Below, piece by piece: positions 1-9,616 of a stretch of 64,000 nt of DNA (the stretch's first letter is position 1; every line of letters starts with the position of its first letter). A program made the translations under genes and the position numbers. Under the pieces are notes generated by a model, which was not told the origin of the DNA, ran no database searches, and saw nothing but the letters and a program-made list of their open reading frames with translations. Origin of the DNA: an uncultured archaeon (GTDB lineage: Archaea > Asgardarchaeota > Lokiarchaeia > Sigyniarchaeales > SOKP01); assembly GCA_964486045.1 (NCBI GenBank), contig CAZALK010000001.1:520242-584241 (forward strand). Direction: 5' to 3'.

Positions 1-2
1 TT

Positions 3-2963
3 AGAAAAAAATCAAATATCCCCAAATATGAGGCTACGGAGGCTGAAATTGGTAGATATGTTGAAGAAGTGAAACTCTATGACAGAAATGTACATCTACA
101 ATATCCTTCATCAAATCGTGAAATAAGGTATGCAGTTAAAAATTTACCTATTGAAATAAACGGTGATTCGACAGAAGTAGAAGAAGTATCTGCATTTCGA
201 GACTTGCCAAGAATAGAGACTAATCGTATAAGAGGAGGGGCATGCCTTGTTTTAAACGATGGAATCTTATTAAAAGCTCCGAAATTATTTAAAATTGCTA
301 AATCTATGAATTTGGAAGGTTGGGATTGGTTAGCTGATTTGAAAAAAATAGCGCAGAAAGAAGAATCTGAAAAAAGTCATTCACAAATTGGTAAGAATGA
401 AAAAGTACAACAAAAACCAATTATCCCTAATTTTAAATATGTTGCTGATATTATAGGGGGTCGAGCTGTTTTTAGTCATCCTTCTGAAATTGGGGGACAT
501 CGAATAAGATACGGACGATCTCGAAACACAGGGCTTGCAGCAGGAGGTATGCACCCTGCTACAATGGGAATCTTAGATGATTTTGTAGCTATCGGTACAC
601 AACTTAGAATTGAAAGACCTGGAAAGAGTACAAGTATTTGTCCTGTAAGTAGTATAGAAACTCCGATTGTAAAATTAAGAAACGGAGACGTTATAAAAGT
701 TTCAACATATAAGATGGCTAAAAAAGTGTTTAAGGATTTAGAAGAAATATTATTCTTAGGAGATATTCTTTTTGGGTTTGGAGAATTTGCTGAGAACAAT
801 CATAAATTAATCCCCTCTGGATATGTGGAGGAGTGGTGGGTGTTAGAATTAAAAAATGCCGTAACAGATCAACTAATTAGTGATTCTAGGTTAAAAGAAT
901 TAATAGAAAATCCATTTAATCTTAAACCTACAGCTAAAGAAGCAATAAGGATATCTAAGGATTTGAATATACCATTGCATCCAGCTTTTACTGATTTTTG
1001 GGGAAATATTACAACTAAGGAACTATATAAACTTCGAGATGCTTTTCTCGTGGGATTTTCAGATTTAGGAAATAAAATAGTTTTAGATAATGATCCCCCT
1101 ATTAAAAAAATTCTTGAGAAAGCCTTTATCACTCATAAAATCGTTGATGACAAAATTTATTTCAACGAAGCTATGAATTTTGTGTATACAGAAATTTTTG
1201 GACTTAATAATAAAAAGAAAATAAAACCTACAAGTCATGATAACGTCTTTTCGTATTTTACTAAAATTTCTTCATTAAGAGTTAAGAATAAAGCTCCATA
1301 TTTCATTGGGTCTAGAATGGGGAGGCCAGAAAAATCAGAGAGGAAAAGTATGAAGGGAGTTCATACCTTATTCCCCTTAAGTAATAAGGTAGGGCGTTCC
1401 CGATCAGTTGAAAAGGCAATAGAACTTCAGAGAGTAAAAATTGATGTGTGTCGGAAAAAATGTCCAAAATGTGGAACAACGAGTATATTTAATAGATGTC
1501 CTGAATGTTTTACCCATACTGAACTTGGTTCAATATGTGAGAAATGCAAAAGAATCTATCCTCCTAGCGGTTCAAGTGATGTTAGAAAGTGTCCTCAGTG
1601 TAATGAAAGATTAAAGTCATCTAGTGAGGCAATTTTTAATATAAAGAATTATGTGAATTCAATTTTAGGTTCATTTCAAATGTCAATCCCTAAACAATTA
1701 AAGGGAATTTATGGTTTAACAAATCAGTTTAAAGTTCCTGAACCGCTAGAAAAAGGGATCTTGAGGGCTAAAAACAAAGTATTAGTTTATAAAACTGCTG
1801 AAATAAGATATGATGCCACAGATATTCCGTTATCACATTTTAAACCAAAAGAAATAGGGATATCCATTTTAAAATTAAAAGAGCTGGGATATTCCAATGA
1901 TTATAAAGGAAATCCTATACGTGATTTAGAACAAATTATAGAATTAAGAGTTCAAGATGTAATTCTTTCAGATGATTGTGCTAAATATTTTATCAAAGTA
2001 GCAAATTTTCTAGATGAGGAACTAGAAAGATTCTATAACATGGATAGTTTTTATAATATTACTAATATTAATGACCTAATTGGGCATTTGGTTGTTGGGA
2101 TAGCACCTCACACTAGTGCTGGCATAATTGGAAGGATTATTGGATTCAGTCCTGCAAGAGCGATTTATGCACACCCCTTCTGGCATGCTGCGAAGCGAAG
2201 AAATTGCGATGGAGATGAGGATGGGATTATGTTATTGTTGGATCCTCTCTTAAATTTTTCAAGACATTATTTGCCTAATAAAATAGGGGGAAGAATGGAT
2301 GCAACCTTAGTTATTTCTTCCATTTTAGATCCAAATGAGGTGGATGTTGAAGCTCATAATGTAGATATTTTGTATAGTTATCCATTAGAATTTTATGAAG
2401 CCACTGAAACTTATTCAATGCCTTCTGCACTTGGAAAAGTAATGAAATTAGTAAAACATCGGCTTGGAACCCCCTATCAATATGAAAATCTCGGTTTTAA
2501 TATTCCCACAGATAATATTAATGAAGGTCCAAAAACTACTGCATATAAATTATACGAATCTATGGATGACAAATTAGGAGCTCAGTTACATCTGGCTAAC
2601 TTAATTAGGGCAGTTAATGCTAGAAATGTGGCAGAAAAAATACTTTCGACACATTTTAACCCAGATATTTTAGGTAATTTAAGAAAATTCAGTATGCAGG
2701 AATTTAGATGCGTTAAATGTAATGCAAAATATAGAAGACCACCGATTTCGAATGCAGGAAAATGTCCTGCATGTGGGGGTAAAATAATATTAACTGTTAA
2801 TCCTGGGGGGATATCAAAATATATTCCTAGGGCTTTGAAACTTTGCAAGGAGTTTAATTTAGATGAATATACTATCCAAAGAATGGAACTAATCGAGGAA
2901 TATGTTGAGAGCTTAACTAATAATCCAAAGATCAAACAGCATCAGTTAGCTGATTTTTTCTAA
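3..2963 (+). CDS. polC: DNA polymerase D large subunit DP2 (5'-partial; frame is open from the window start)
   Basis: RIRYGRSRNTG, catalytic RRNCDGDED, Zn fingers and C-terminal PIP box QHQLADFF; no stop in frame upstream of 69 (RKKSNIPKYEATEAEIGRYVEEV). Confidence 0.97.
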   Translation, partial: RKKSNIPKYEATEAEIGRYVEEVKLYDRNVHLQYPSSNREIRYAVKNLPIEINGDSTEVEEVSAFRDLPRIETNRIRGGACLVLNDGILLKAPKLFKIAKSMNLEGWDWLADLKKIAQKEESEKSHSQIGKNEKVQQKPIIPNFKYVADIIGGRAVFSHPSEIGGHRIRYGRSRNTGLAAGGMHPATMGILDDFVAIGTQLRIERPGKSTSICPVSSIETPIVKLRNGDVIKVSTYKMAKKVFKDLEEILFLGDILFGFGEFAENNHKLIPSGYVEEWWVLELKNAVTDQLISDSRLKELIENPFNLKPTAKEAIRISKDLNIPLHPAFTDFWGNITTKELYKLRDAFLVGFSDLGNKIVLDNDPPIKKILEKAFITHKIVDDKIYFNEAMNFVYTEIFGLNNKKKIKPTSHDNVFSYFTKISSLRVKNKAPYFIGSRMGRPEKSERKSMKGVHTLFPLSNKVGRSRSVEKAIELQRVKIDVCRKKCPKCGTTSIFNRCPECFTHTELGSICEKCKRIYPPSGSSDVRKCPQCNERLKSSSEAIFNIKNYVNSILGSFQMSIPKQLKGIYGLTNQFKVPEPLEKGILRAKNKVLVYKTAEIRYDATDIPLSHFKPKEIGISILKLKELGYSNDYKGNPIRDLEQIIELRVQDVILSDDCAKYFIKVANFLDEELERFYNMDSFYNITNINDLIGHLVVGIAPHTSAGIIGRIIGFSPARAIYAHPFWHAAKRRNCDGDEDGIMLLLDPLLNFSRHYLPNKIGGRMDATLVISSILDPNEVDVEAHNVDILYSYPLEFYEATETYSMPSALGKVMKLVKHRLGTPYQYENLGFNIPTDNINEGPKTTAYKLYESMDDKLGAQLHLANLIRAVNARNVAEKILSTHFNPDILGNLRKFSMQEFRCVKCNAKYRRPPISNAGKCPACGGKIILTVNPGGISKYIPRALKLCKEFNLDEYTIQRMELIEEYVESLTNNPKIKQHQLADFF

Positions 2964-4163
2964 TTATTCAACTCTTGAGTCAATAGATCTAAGTGCTTGA
3001 TAACAAATTGCTAAGCATCCATTTAGATTTTCAGATGTATATTTATCAGGTGTATCTCTTAATGAATGAATATATTTCGAATCTTTACCTGAATGAAAAA
3101 GGACCACTTGAAATTTTTTTCTTGCTCTCCTGGCGCATCTTCTAAAAATAGTATGATCGCTTTTTGGTTCAACTACTTTATTGTACCTAGTTATTGGGAT
3201 GTTTAATGAGTTTGCGGTTGCTTCTAAAATATTATTTAAATCATTATTTAATCTTCTTCTTAAGGGCAATCCAACTTTATCTAAAAGTCCAATATAAGTT
3301 CTTACCATATCAATATTAATGTTGAAAGACTTATTGAGATCGTACTCCTCATTCAAACGGATAAAATGGTCAGAACAGAATTTTTTTGAGCCTTTTAACC
3401 CCCATTCCTCAGCACCAGTCCAAATAAAGTATAAATCGATTTTATCTAGTGGATTCTTTTTAAATAATTTAGCTAATTCAATCAATATCGCAACGCCGCT
3501 TGCATTATCAATTGAACTCGATGATGATTTTTCATTAAAAACGAGATACAGTATTGGAATTGATGTTACTACCCCGATTAAGGATAAAATAGATATAATT
3601 ATGACGATATTATTAGGGAGTGAATCCACATTAAATAAATCTAGTGTTAGCCATATGGAAAGAACGAAAATAATACAAATGTAAAAACCGATGATTAATC
3701 TATATATCTGAAACATTAAAACTTGAATACGAAACGATATGTTTGCTGAAATAGAATCATAATGTACTGAGAAGATAACCACAGGTCTTTTATCACCTCT
3801 TTCCATTGAGGGTATTTTTGCAAAAATATTCTTAGAAGATTCTTTTTTTATTAAGGTCATCTGTCGCGTCCTTTCAAAAGAAAGTTTTAAAACTACATAG
3901 AGTATCAAAATTAAAAATAGACGTGAAAGAAGCAAGTAAGTCACAACTATTAAATAACTTACTCTCATAAGTATTCTAGTTGGACCAGTCCAATGGAAAT
4001 ACTCATACTGAGAATCCAGATTCACCGAATTCAATTCTTTTTCTATATAATCAATAGCTTTTGTTTCTCCTATAGTTGATGCGGCTCTGTTAAAGGCTAA
4101 TGATTCGACATGCTTTTTTGTTGAGAGCTCCTTTTCTAATAACAAACTTGTAATAGAAATCAC
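2964..4163 (-). CDS. Membrane-embedded M28 family metallopeptidase
   Basis: HYDS, DNASG, GAEEWG, NIDM, SDH and HSLRD motifs interrupted by hydrophobic helices. Confidence 0.85.
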   Translation of the reverse strand: MISITSLLLEKELSTKKHVESLAFNRAASTIGETKAIDYIEKELNSVNLDSQYEYFHWTGPTRILMRVSYLIVVTYLLLSRLFLILILYVVLKLSFERTRQMTLIKKESSKNIFAKIPSMERGDKRPVVIFSVHYDSISANISFRIQVLMFQIYRLIIGFYICIIFVLSIWLTLDLFNVDSLPNNIVIIISILSLIGVVTSIPILYLVFNEKSSSSSIDNASGVAILIELAKLFKKNPLDKIDLYFIWTGAEEWGLKGSKKFCSDHFIRLNEEYDLNKSFNINIDMVRTYIGLLDKVGLPLRRRLNNDLNNILEATANSLNIPITRYNKVVEPKSDHTIFRRCARRARKKFQVVLFHSGKDSKYIHSLRDTPDKYTSENLNGCLAICYQALRSIDSRVE

Positions 4164-4266
4164 ATTACGTTTTAATAAATTAATTTTTTGTATTTAATGA
4201 TCATTATTAAATCCGATTAATCTTGAGCATTATGTTACGCAATATGTTAACAATTATTTCTAGGCA

Positions 4267-4381
4267 TGCAGGAGGTGGGATTCGAACCCACGAAGACCTA
4301 CGTCACTAGAGCCTCGGTAACGCCATAATCGCATATCTACGAAATATTCTAGCGCCTTAGACCAGGCTTGGCAACTCCTGC
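4267..4381 (-). tRNA. tRNA-Leu(GAG) with 30-nt intron at position 30/31 (4319-4348)
   Basis: Acceptor GCAGGAG/CTCCTGC-A, anticodon stem CTAGA/TCTAG, long variable arm, T-loop TTCGAAT; BHB central helix CGCT/GGCG. Confidence 0.92.
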
Positions 4382-4731
4382 GAAATTAAATGATTTTTTA
4401 AATTAGGTCAATTATCTAGAGATATTGAATGAAGATATTGTAATTAATTTTAACAATTTTTTTCCTCTAATATCATTGATCGATTTTATTGATTATGAAA
4501 CCAATTAGAATATAAACCTATGAAGTTGGGGGAGGAAAAGACAATTTTATTTCGAATTATATTATTATGCATCAAAATTTCATTTCCTTTTAAGTGAAGG
4601 CTGTAATAATATAATTTTTTAAAAGTGTTTTGGTTTTCTATAAATTTTTAAGATAAACTTGTTATATTAAATAATAAATTTTAATCATTTAATGATATTC
4701 TTAAAAACAACATACAAAGGTTATAAAATAC

Positions 4732-5745
4732 ATGTCTGTTGATCGAAATAAACTCGAAGCAATGTTGAAATGGTATAGGCAAGATGTTGGAAAACACTTA
4801 ATTGCGGCTATTATCGTAAACAGAGAAGGTTTGGTAATGTCCGCAGTAAAAGGAGAATCTAAGGCAGAAATAGAGGAGGATGTAATAGCAGGTGTTAGTG
4901 CCTTAGTAGAACCCGTTCTAACCAGAATCACCGAAGAGTTTAGTTCTGGCGCTTTTGGAACGGGAACTTTCGACACAGAAGAACATCGAATTATTTTTTG
5001 TGAAGCTGGCCCTGAGGCAATTTTTGTCACTGTCTTAGATTCTATTGCCATGGTTGACCCCATTTTTCCATATGCATACTTAGCTGCTGAGAAAATTGCA
5101 CGAATTTTTGATGGTAGAACTGTAAGCCCAGTTATACCAAAATTCTTTCACGATCTAAGCACTCAAAACATTGAAAGGAAAGTAGATAAGCTTCAAAAGA
5201 TTAAGATTGAATCGGGAGAATACGCGTACAAGTTAATATTGGGAGGAGAGGGGGGTGTAGGTAAAACCAGTATGGTTCATCGATTTGTTGAAAACTCTTT
5301 TCTAACTGATTATAAATCTACAATTGGCACTTCAATTATGAAGAAAGAATGTGAATTTGAGGGATTAGAATCAAAAGTGCGTTTTGTTATGTGGGATTTG
5401 GCAGGTCAAGCTCAATTTAAGCGTGTAAGACAATCGTATATATCAAAAGCGGAAGCAGGAGTTCTAGTTTATGATGTTACTCGTAAGGAGACTTTCGATA
5501 GTGTAGAAAGTTGGCATAAGGAGATTACGGGTGTTTCACCAACGATTTCTTTAGTTTTAGTTGGAAACAAAATAGATTTAACTGAAGATCGAGTCGTATC
5601 TACTGAAGAGGGAGAAGAAATTTCAAAAAAGCTCAATCTTTCCTATATAGAAACTTCTGCTAAAACAGGTGAGAATATTAATGATGCCTTTAAAATGCTT
5701 GCATTACAGATGATAAAGAAATATATCGTCACTGAGGAAGTGTGA
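4732..5745 (+). CDS. Roadblock/LC7-domain plus Rab-like small GTPase fusion
   Basis: N-terminal AAIIVNREGLVMS Roadblock pattern; C-terminal GEGGVGKTS, WDLAGQ, NKID, ETSAK. Confidence 0.9.
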   Translation: MSVDRNKLEAMLKWYRQDVGKHLIAAIIVNREGLVMSAVKGESKAEIEEDVIAGVSALVEPVLTRITEEFSSGAFGTGTFDTEEHRIIFCEAGPEAIFVTVLDSIAMVDPIFPYAYLAAEKIARIFDGRTVSPVIPKFFHDLSTQNIERKVDKLQKIKIESGEYAYKLILGGEGGVGKTSMVHRFVENSFLTDYKSTIGTSIMKKECEFEGLESKVRFVMWDLAGQAQFKRVRQSYISKAEAGVLVYDVTRKETFDSVESWHKEITGVSPTISLVLVGNKIDLTEDRVVSTEEGEEISKKLNLSYIETSAKTGENINDAFKMLALQMIKKYIVTEEV

Positions 5746-5749
5746 TTAA

Positions 5750-5850
5750 AGCCTCTGGGGGGAATTGAACCCCCGGCCTACAGATTACGAATCTTTAACA
5801 TTTACGTCAAAATGATATTAAATGTTGCTCTACCGCTAAGCCACAGAGGC
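5750..5850 (-). tRNA. tRNA-Thr(CGT) with 29-nt intron at 28/29 (5795-5823)
   Basis: Acceptor GCCTCTG/CAGAGGC-T; restored anticodon arm ACAGA-TTCGTAA-TCTGT; relaxed HBh' motif AGCA/TGTT with TTTA/TAAA. Confidence 0.93.
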
Positions 5851-6158
5851 ATGAAAATATTATAACTTAAAATCAATATATTGAAGGATCCTACAAAAAA
5901 AAGTTTTTGTCTTCATCATATTATTTAGATTTAAATCTATTCTACATACTAATTTCTATCTAAAAATGGAAGAAGAGAAATTTGTGTCAATGCAATTTTT
6001 TTTTAGCTTTGGTATTTTAAGGGCTATATCTATATTTGTTCTATACTTATTACATTATCAAAGGATAAGTTTAGCGTTTCGAAAACAAGATAGGGATAAA
6101 TATTAGTGATTACTATATTTTAAACATAAATAAGTTATGAAATGATAAATTTAATCTA

Positions 6159-7178
6159 ATGAAGAACGATTCTAAGATAAGTAATATCGGAGAAATTAAT
6201 TTAATAAAAATTATTGAGGAATTTGTCTTCAAAAAAACTGGTAAAGCTTTACTGAGTGATGACTCCTTTTTTTTCAACCTTGATGAGGTTAAAAGGGGGA
6301 ATTTCTTAGTTTTGAACTCAGATATGCTTGTCTCAACTACTGATGTACCACCTAAAATGAGTTTTTATCAGATTGGGCAGAAATCAGTTGTTATGAATTT
6401 GAGTGATTTATTAGTCAAAGGTGTTAAACCGCGGGGATTAATTATATCTTTAGGGTTACCTAAGGATCTAAAGAAAGGAGAATTCATTGCTATAATAAAA
6501 GGAATTATTGACTCTTCATTAGAATTTGATATTGAATATATTGGGGGAGATATTAACGAAACAAAAGAACTTATTATAAATCCTACAGTGTTTGGTTCGA
6601 AATCATCTTCATGTATAATTTATCGTAGGGGAATCAACGTTGGTGATACTTTAGCTGCTAATGGAAAATTCGGTTTAACTGGTGTTGGTTTCGACATTCT
6701 CTTAAATAGAGGTGGGGGTTTTGAAGACTTTCCAAAGTACAAAAGATCTATTAAGAGCGTCTTGGAACCTAAAATTTCAGGGGTGGAAGCGCAAATATTA
6801 TCAGATAAGCAGTTAGCTACTTCGAGTATAGATTCTTCAGATGGTTTTTCAAAACTGTTATTTGATTTACTGAAATCGAATCCAAATTTAGGGTTTGAAA
6901 TCGACTTTAATGAAAATTTAATTGAATCTGAAGCAAGAACCTATTCTCAAGAATTTAATATTTCCTTGGAAGATCTTATATTTAACGGGGGTGAGGAATA
7001 TATTCATTTTTTTACAATACCAGCAAATAAGTTTTCTAAGGCTAAAAGAGTAGTTCAAACACATGGTGGAAGAATATTCAAAATTGGCAAGGTAACATCA
7101 GAAGAAGGTATATTTATCTTAAAAGAGAACATAAGAAGCGAATTAAAAAGTAATGGATATGAACATTTTAACAATTAG
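6159..7178 (+). CDS. thiL: Thiamine-monophosphate kinase
   Basis: GEINLI, SDMLV, NLSDL, IGGD, DSSDG, GGEEY motifs. Confidence 0.92.
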   Translation: MKNDSKISNIGEINLIKIIEEFVFKKTGKALLSDDSFFFNLDEVKRGNFLVLNSDMLVSTTDVPPKMSFYQIGQKSVVMNLSDLLVKGVKPRGLIISLGLPKDLKKGEFIAIIKGIIDSSLEFDIEYIGGDINETKELIINPTVFGSKSSSCIIYRRGINVGDTLAANGKFGLTGVGFDILLNRGGGFEDFPKYKRSIKSVLEPKISGVEAQILSDKQLATSSIDSSDGFSKLLFDLLKSNPNLGFEIDFNENLIESEARTYSQEFNISLEDLIFNGGEEYIHFFTIPANKFSKAKRVVQTHGGRIFKIGKVTSEEGIFILKENIRSELKSNGYEHFNN

Positions 7179-7307
7179 GTCAAAGTAATAATACAATGAT
7201 GGTAAATAATTCAAAAACAATAGAAGAGACACCTTATACAATAAAATTTTTATATAATAGTTGATTTATTGTAAGTACAATCTTTACCTATACTCTATTA
7301 TATGTAT

Positions 7308-7411
7308 GGGCTATTGGCGCAGGCAGGTAGCGCAACAGGCTTTTAACCTGAAATTTATGAGATTAACTCTCCTGAAAAGGAAGGTCGGGGGTTCGATTCC
7401 CCTATAGCCCG
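7308..7411 (+). tRNA. tRNA-Lys(TTT) with 30-nt intron near 44/45 (about 7353-7382)
   Basis: Acceptor GGGCTAT/ATAGCCC-G, loop CT-TTT-AA, T-arm GGGGG/CCCCT; the junction can slide within a repeated GAA. Confidence 0.92.
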
Positions 7412-7529
7412 TAATTACTCAATGTCATTCAAAAAGATCAATCTAATTTCTAAATATTCTATTTTTAAGAAATATTTATGAAATTACAAAATTTATAATG
7501 CATAATAACTCTTCTTTCTGTTTTTTAGT

Positions 7530-8534
7530 ATGGAAAATACGCAATATAAATTACCCTCTGACGAACCTGAGCAATTATTGTTGAAATCGCAAGATAATAC
7601 TAATCCAAATTATGGATGTGAACCAAAAAAGAGGAGCATTGACCAATTACTGCAGTATGGAGTAGTAAATTTAGATAAACCAAGTGGTCCTACTAGCCAT
7701 GAAATTGTGTCATGGGTTCGAAAAATATTAGGAATCCCAAATGCGGGTCATGGGGGAACCTTAGATCCCAAGGTTACAGGTATTTTACCCTGTGCTCTTG
7801 GAAGAGCTACAAGGGTTTTATCAGCATTATTGAATGCCGGTAAGGAGTATGTCGGTATACTTTACTTACATTCTCCAGAAAAATTAACACGCATTGAAAA
7901 AATATTTAAATTATTCACAGGGAAAATATATCAAAGACCTCCATTAATATCATCTGTAGCAAGAAGACTAAGAGTTAGAGAAATATACTATAGTCAAGTT
8001 CTTGAGGTAAACAATAATCATGTTTTGTTTAGAATAGGATGTGAAGCAGGTACTTATATACGGAAATTTTGCTTCGATATTGGAGAAGCCCTTTGTTCAG
8101 GAGCTCATATGTTAGAACTTAGAAGAACAAGAGTAGGAAATTTTAATGAAAATTCTAACCTTGTTACACTCCAAAATTTAAAAGATGCACTTACAATTTA
8201 TCAAATGGAAAACAATGATTATTATTTGAGAAAACTTATACTACCTATGGAAAAAATAGTGTCGCATTTACCAAAAATTTATATTCGAGACACGGCAGTT
8301 GATGCAATTTGCCATGGAGCGGATTTAGCTTCAGCAGGTATATGTTACATTGATGCTAGAATCAAAAATAATTTCTTAGTTGCATTAATGACTATGAAAA
8401 AGGAATTAATCGGATTTGGCACTTCTTTAAAGAATGCTTTGCAAATGTATAAAGCCAAATCAGGAATTCTAGTAAAAACAAATAAGGTTTTTATGGAGAG
8501 AGGTATATACCCACGTTGGAATGAAAAAAAATAG
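7530..8534 (+). CDS. cbf5: H/ACA pseudouridine synthase Cbf5
   Basis: LDKPSGPTSHE, GHGGTLDPKVTG, GTYIRK motifs and PUA domain. Confidence 0.96.
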   Translation: MENTQYKLPSDEPEQLLLKSQDNTNPNYGCEPKKRSIDQLLQYGVVNLDKPSGPTSHEIVSWVRKILGIPNAGHGGTLDPKVTGILPCALGRATRVLSALLNAGKEYVGILYLHSPEKLTRIEKIFKLFTGKIYQRPPLISSVARRLRVREIYYSQVLEVNNNHVLFRIGCEAGTYIRKFCFDIGEALCSGAHMLELRRTRVGNFNENSNLVTLQNLKDALTIYQMENNDYYLRKLILPMEKIVSHLPKIYIRDTAVDAICHGADLASAGICYIDARIKNNFLVALMTMKKELIGFGTSLKNALQMYKAKSGILVKTNKVFMERGIYPRWNEKK

Positions 8535-8564
8535 AGAAAATATTCAAAAGTTTTTTTTTTTAAT

Positions 8565-9197
8565 ATGAATAATAAAAATGAACACTATTCTACTGAATTT
8601 CCCAATGTAAAAGTAAAAATCCTAACAATTTCAGAAAGTTTGAGAAGACATCTATATATTTTTAAAACCGTGACGGGAGTATTTTCTTTTAGTAAAATAG
8701 ATTTGGGTACGAAAATCTTAATCAAACATATGGTTATTCCTGAGGAGTCAAGTGTATTACTTGATTTAGGGTGTGGTTATGGACCCATTGGCATGGTTCT
8801 AGGGTATGAATCTCCAGAAAGCCTTGTATTTTTAGTGGACATTAATAAACATGCAATTTGGTGTGCAAAAGAAAATATCAAGATAAACTTACCGAATACT
8901 AGAAATATCCGAATATTCTCTGGCAATTATTTTGAACCTATAAAATCAAAGAATCTAAAATTTGATGGAATTTTCATGAATCCCCCTCTACGACAAGGAA
9001 GAAAAGAGTTTTTAAACATAATAAACAATATTCCTGATTATTTGAAACCAAAAGGATCTTTTCAATTTGTAATAAAAAAGAAAATGGGAGCACCTTATGT
9101 TTTAAATTATCTTAAAAATAAGATACCATCTTATAAAGTTGATATCTTATGTAAAAGAAGTGGATATTGGGTTTTTCGATATTTCCAAGAAAATTAA
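8565..9197 (+). CDS. RsmC-like class I SAM-dependent methyltransferase
   Basis: GVFS..IDLGT, LDLGCGYG and NPP motifs. Confidence 0.88.
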   Translation: MNNKNEHYSTEFPNVKVKILTISESLRRHLYIFKTVTGVFSFSKIDLGTKILIKHMVIPEESSVLLDLGCGYGPIGMVLGYESPESLVFLVDINKHAIWCAKENIKINLPNTRNIRIFSGNYFEPIKSKNLKFDGIFMNPPLRQGRKEFLNIINNIPDYLKPKGSFQFVIKKKMGAPYVLNYLKNKIPSYKVDILCKRSGYWVFRYFQEN

Positions 9198-9305
9198 AAA
9201 TAATAATTATATTCGTTAATTTTTTGAAAATGATGAAAAATGGAAAAATTTTTTAGAATAGATTGATTTCAATAATTATAAATCGATTTATAAGAGGATT
9301 TTTCC

Positions 9306-9563
9306 TTGACTAAGAAGAAAAAAATTGATATCTTATTACATAAATTTGTCCCTCAACATCTTCTTTTAACTAAAGAAGAAACTGACCAACTCTTAGAAAG
9401 ATACAAAATAGATGTAACAGATTTACCTCAAATGTTTGAAAAGGATCCTGTTGCAATTGCTATAGGGGCAAAAGAAGGAGATATTGTAAAAATAATCCGA
9501 GATTCACATACAACAGTTAAGTATATTGACTATTATCGTTATGTGAAAAAGGAAAAAGCTTAA
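9306..9563 (+). CDS. rpo5: RNA polymerase subunit Rpo5 (H)
   Basis: HKFVPQH..LPQM..DPVA..GDIVKIIRDS..YRYV; TTG start after GAGG. Confidence 0.96.
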   Translation: MTKKKKIDILLHKFVPQHLLLTKEETDQLLERYKIDVTDLPQMFEKDPVAIAIGAKEGDIVKIIRDSHTTVKYIDYYRYVKKEKA

Positions 9564-9616
9564 TATGATTTTACAATAAAAATATTTATAAAATTCTTTA
9601 TATGGAATGATTAACA

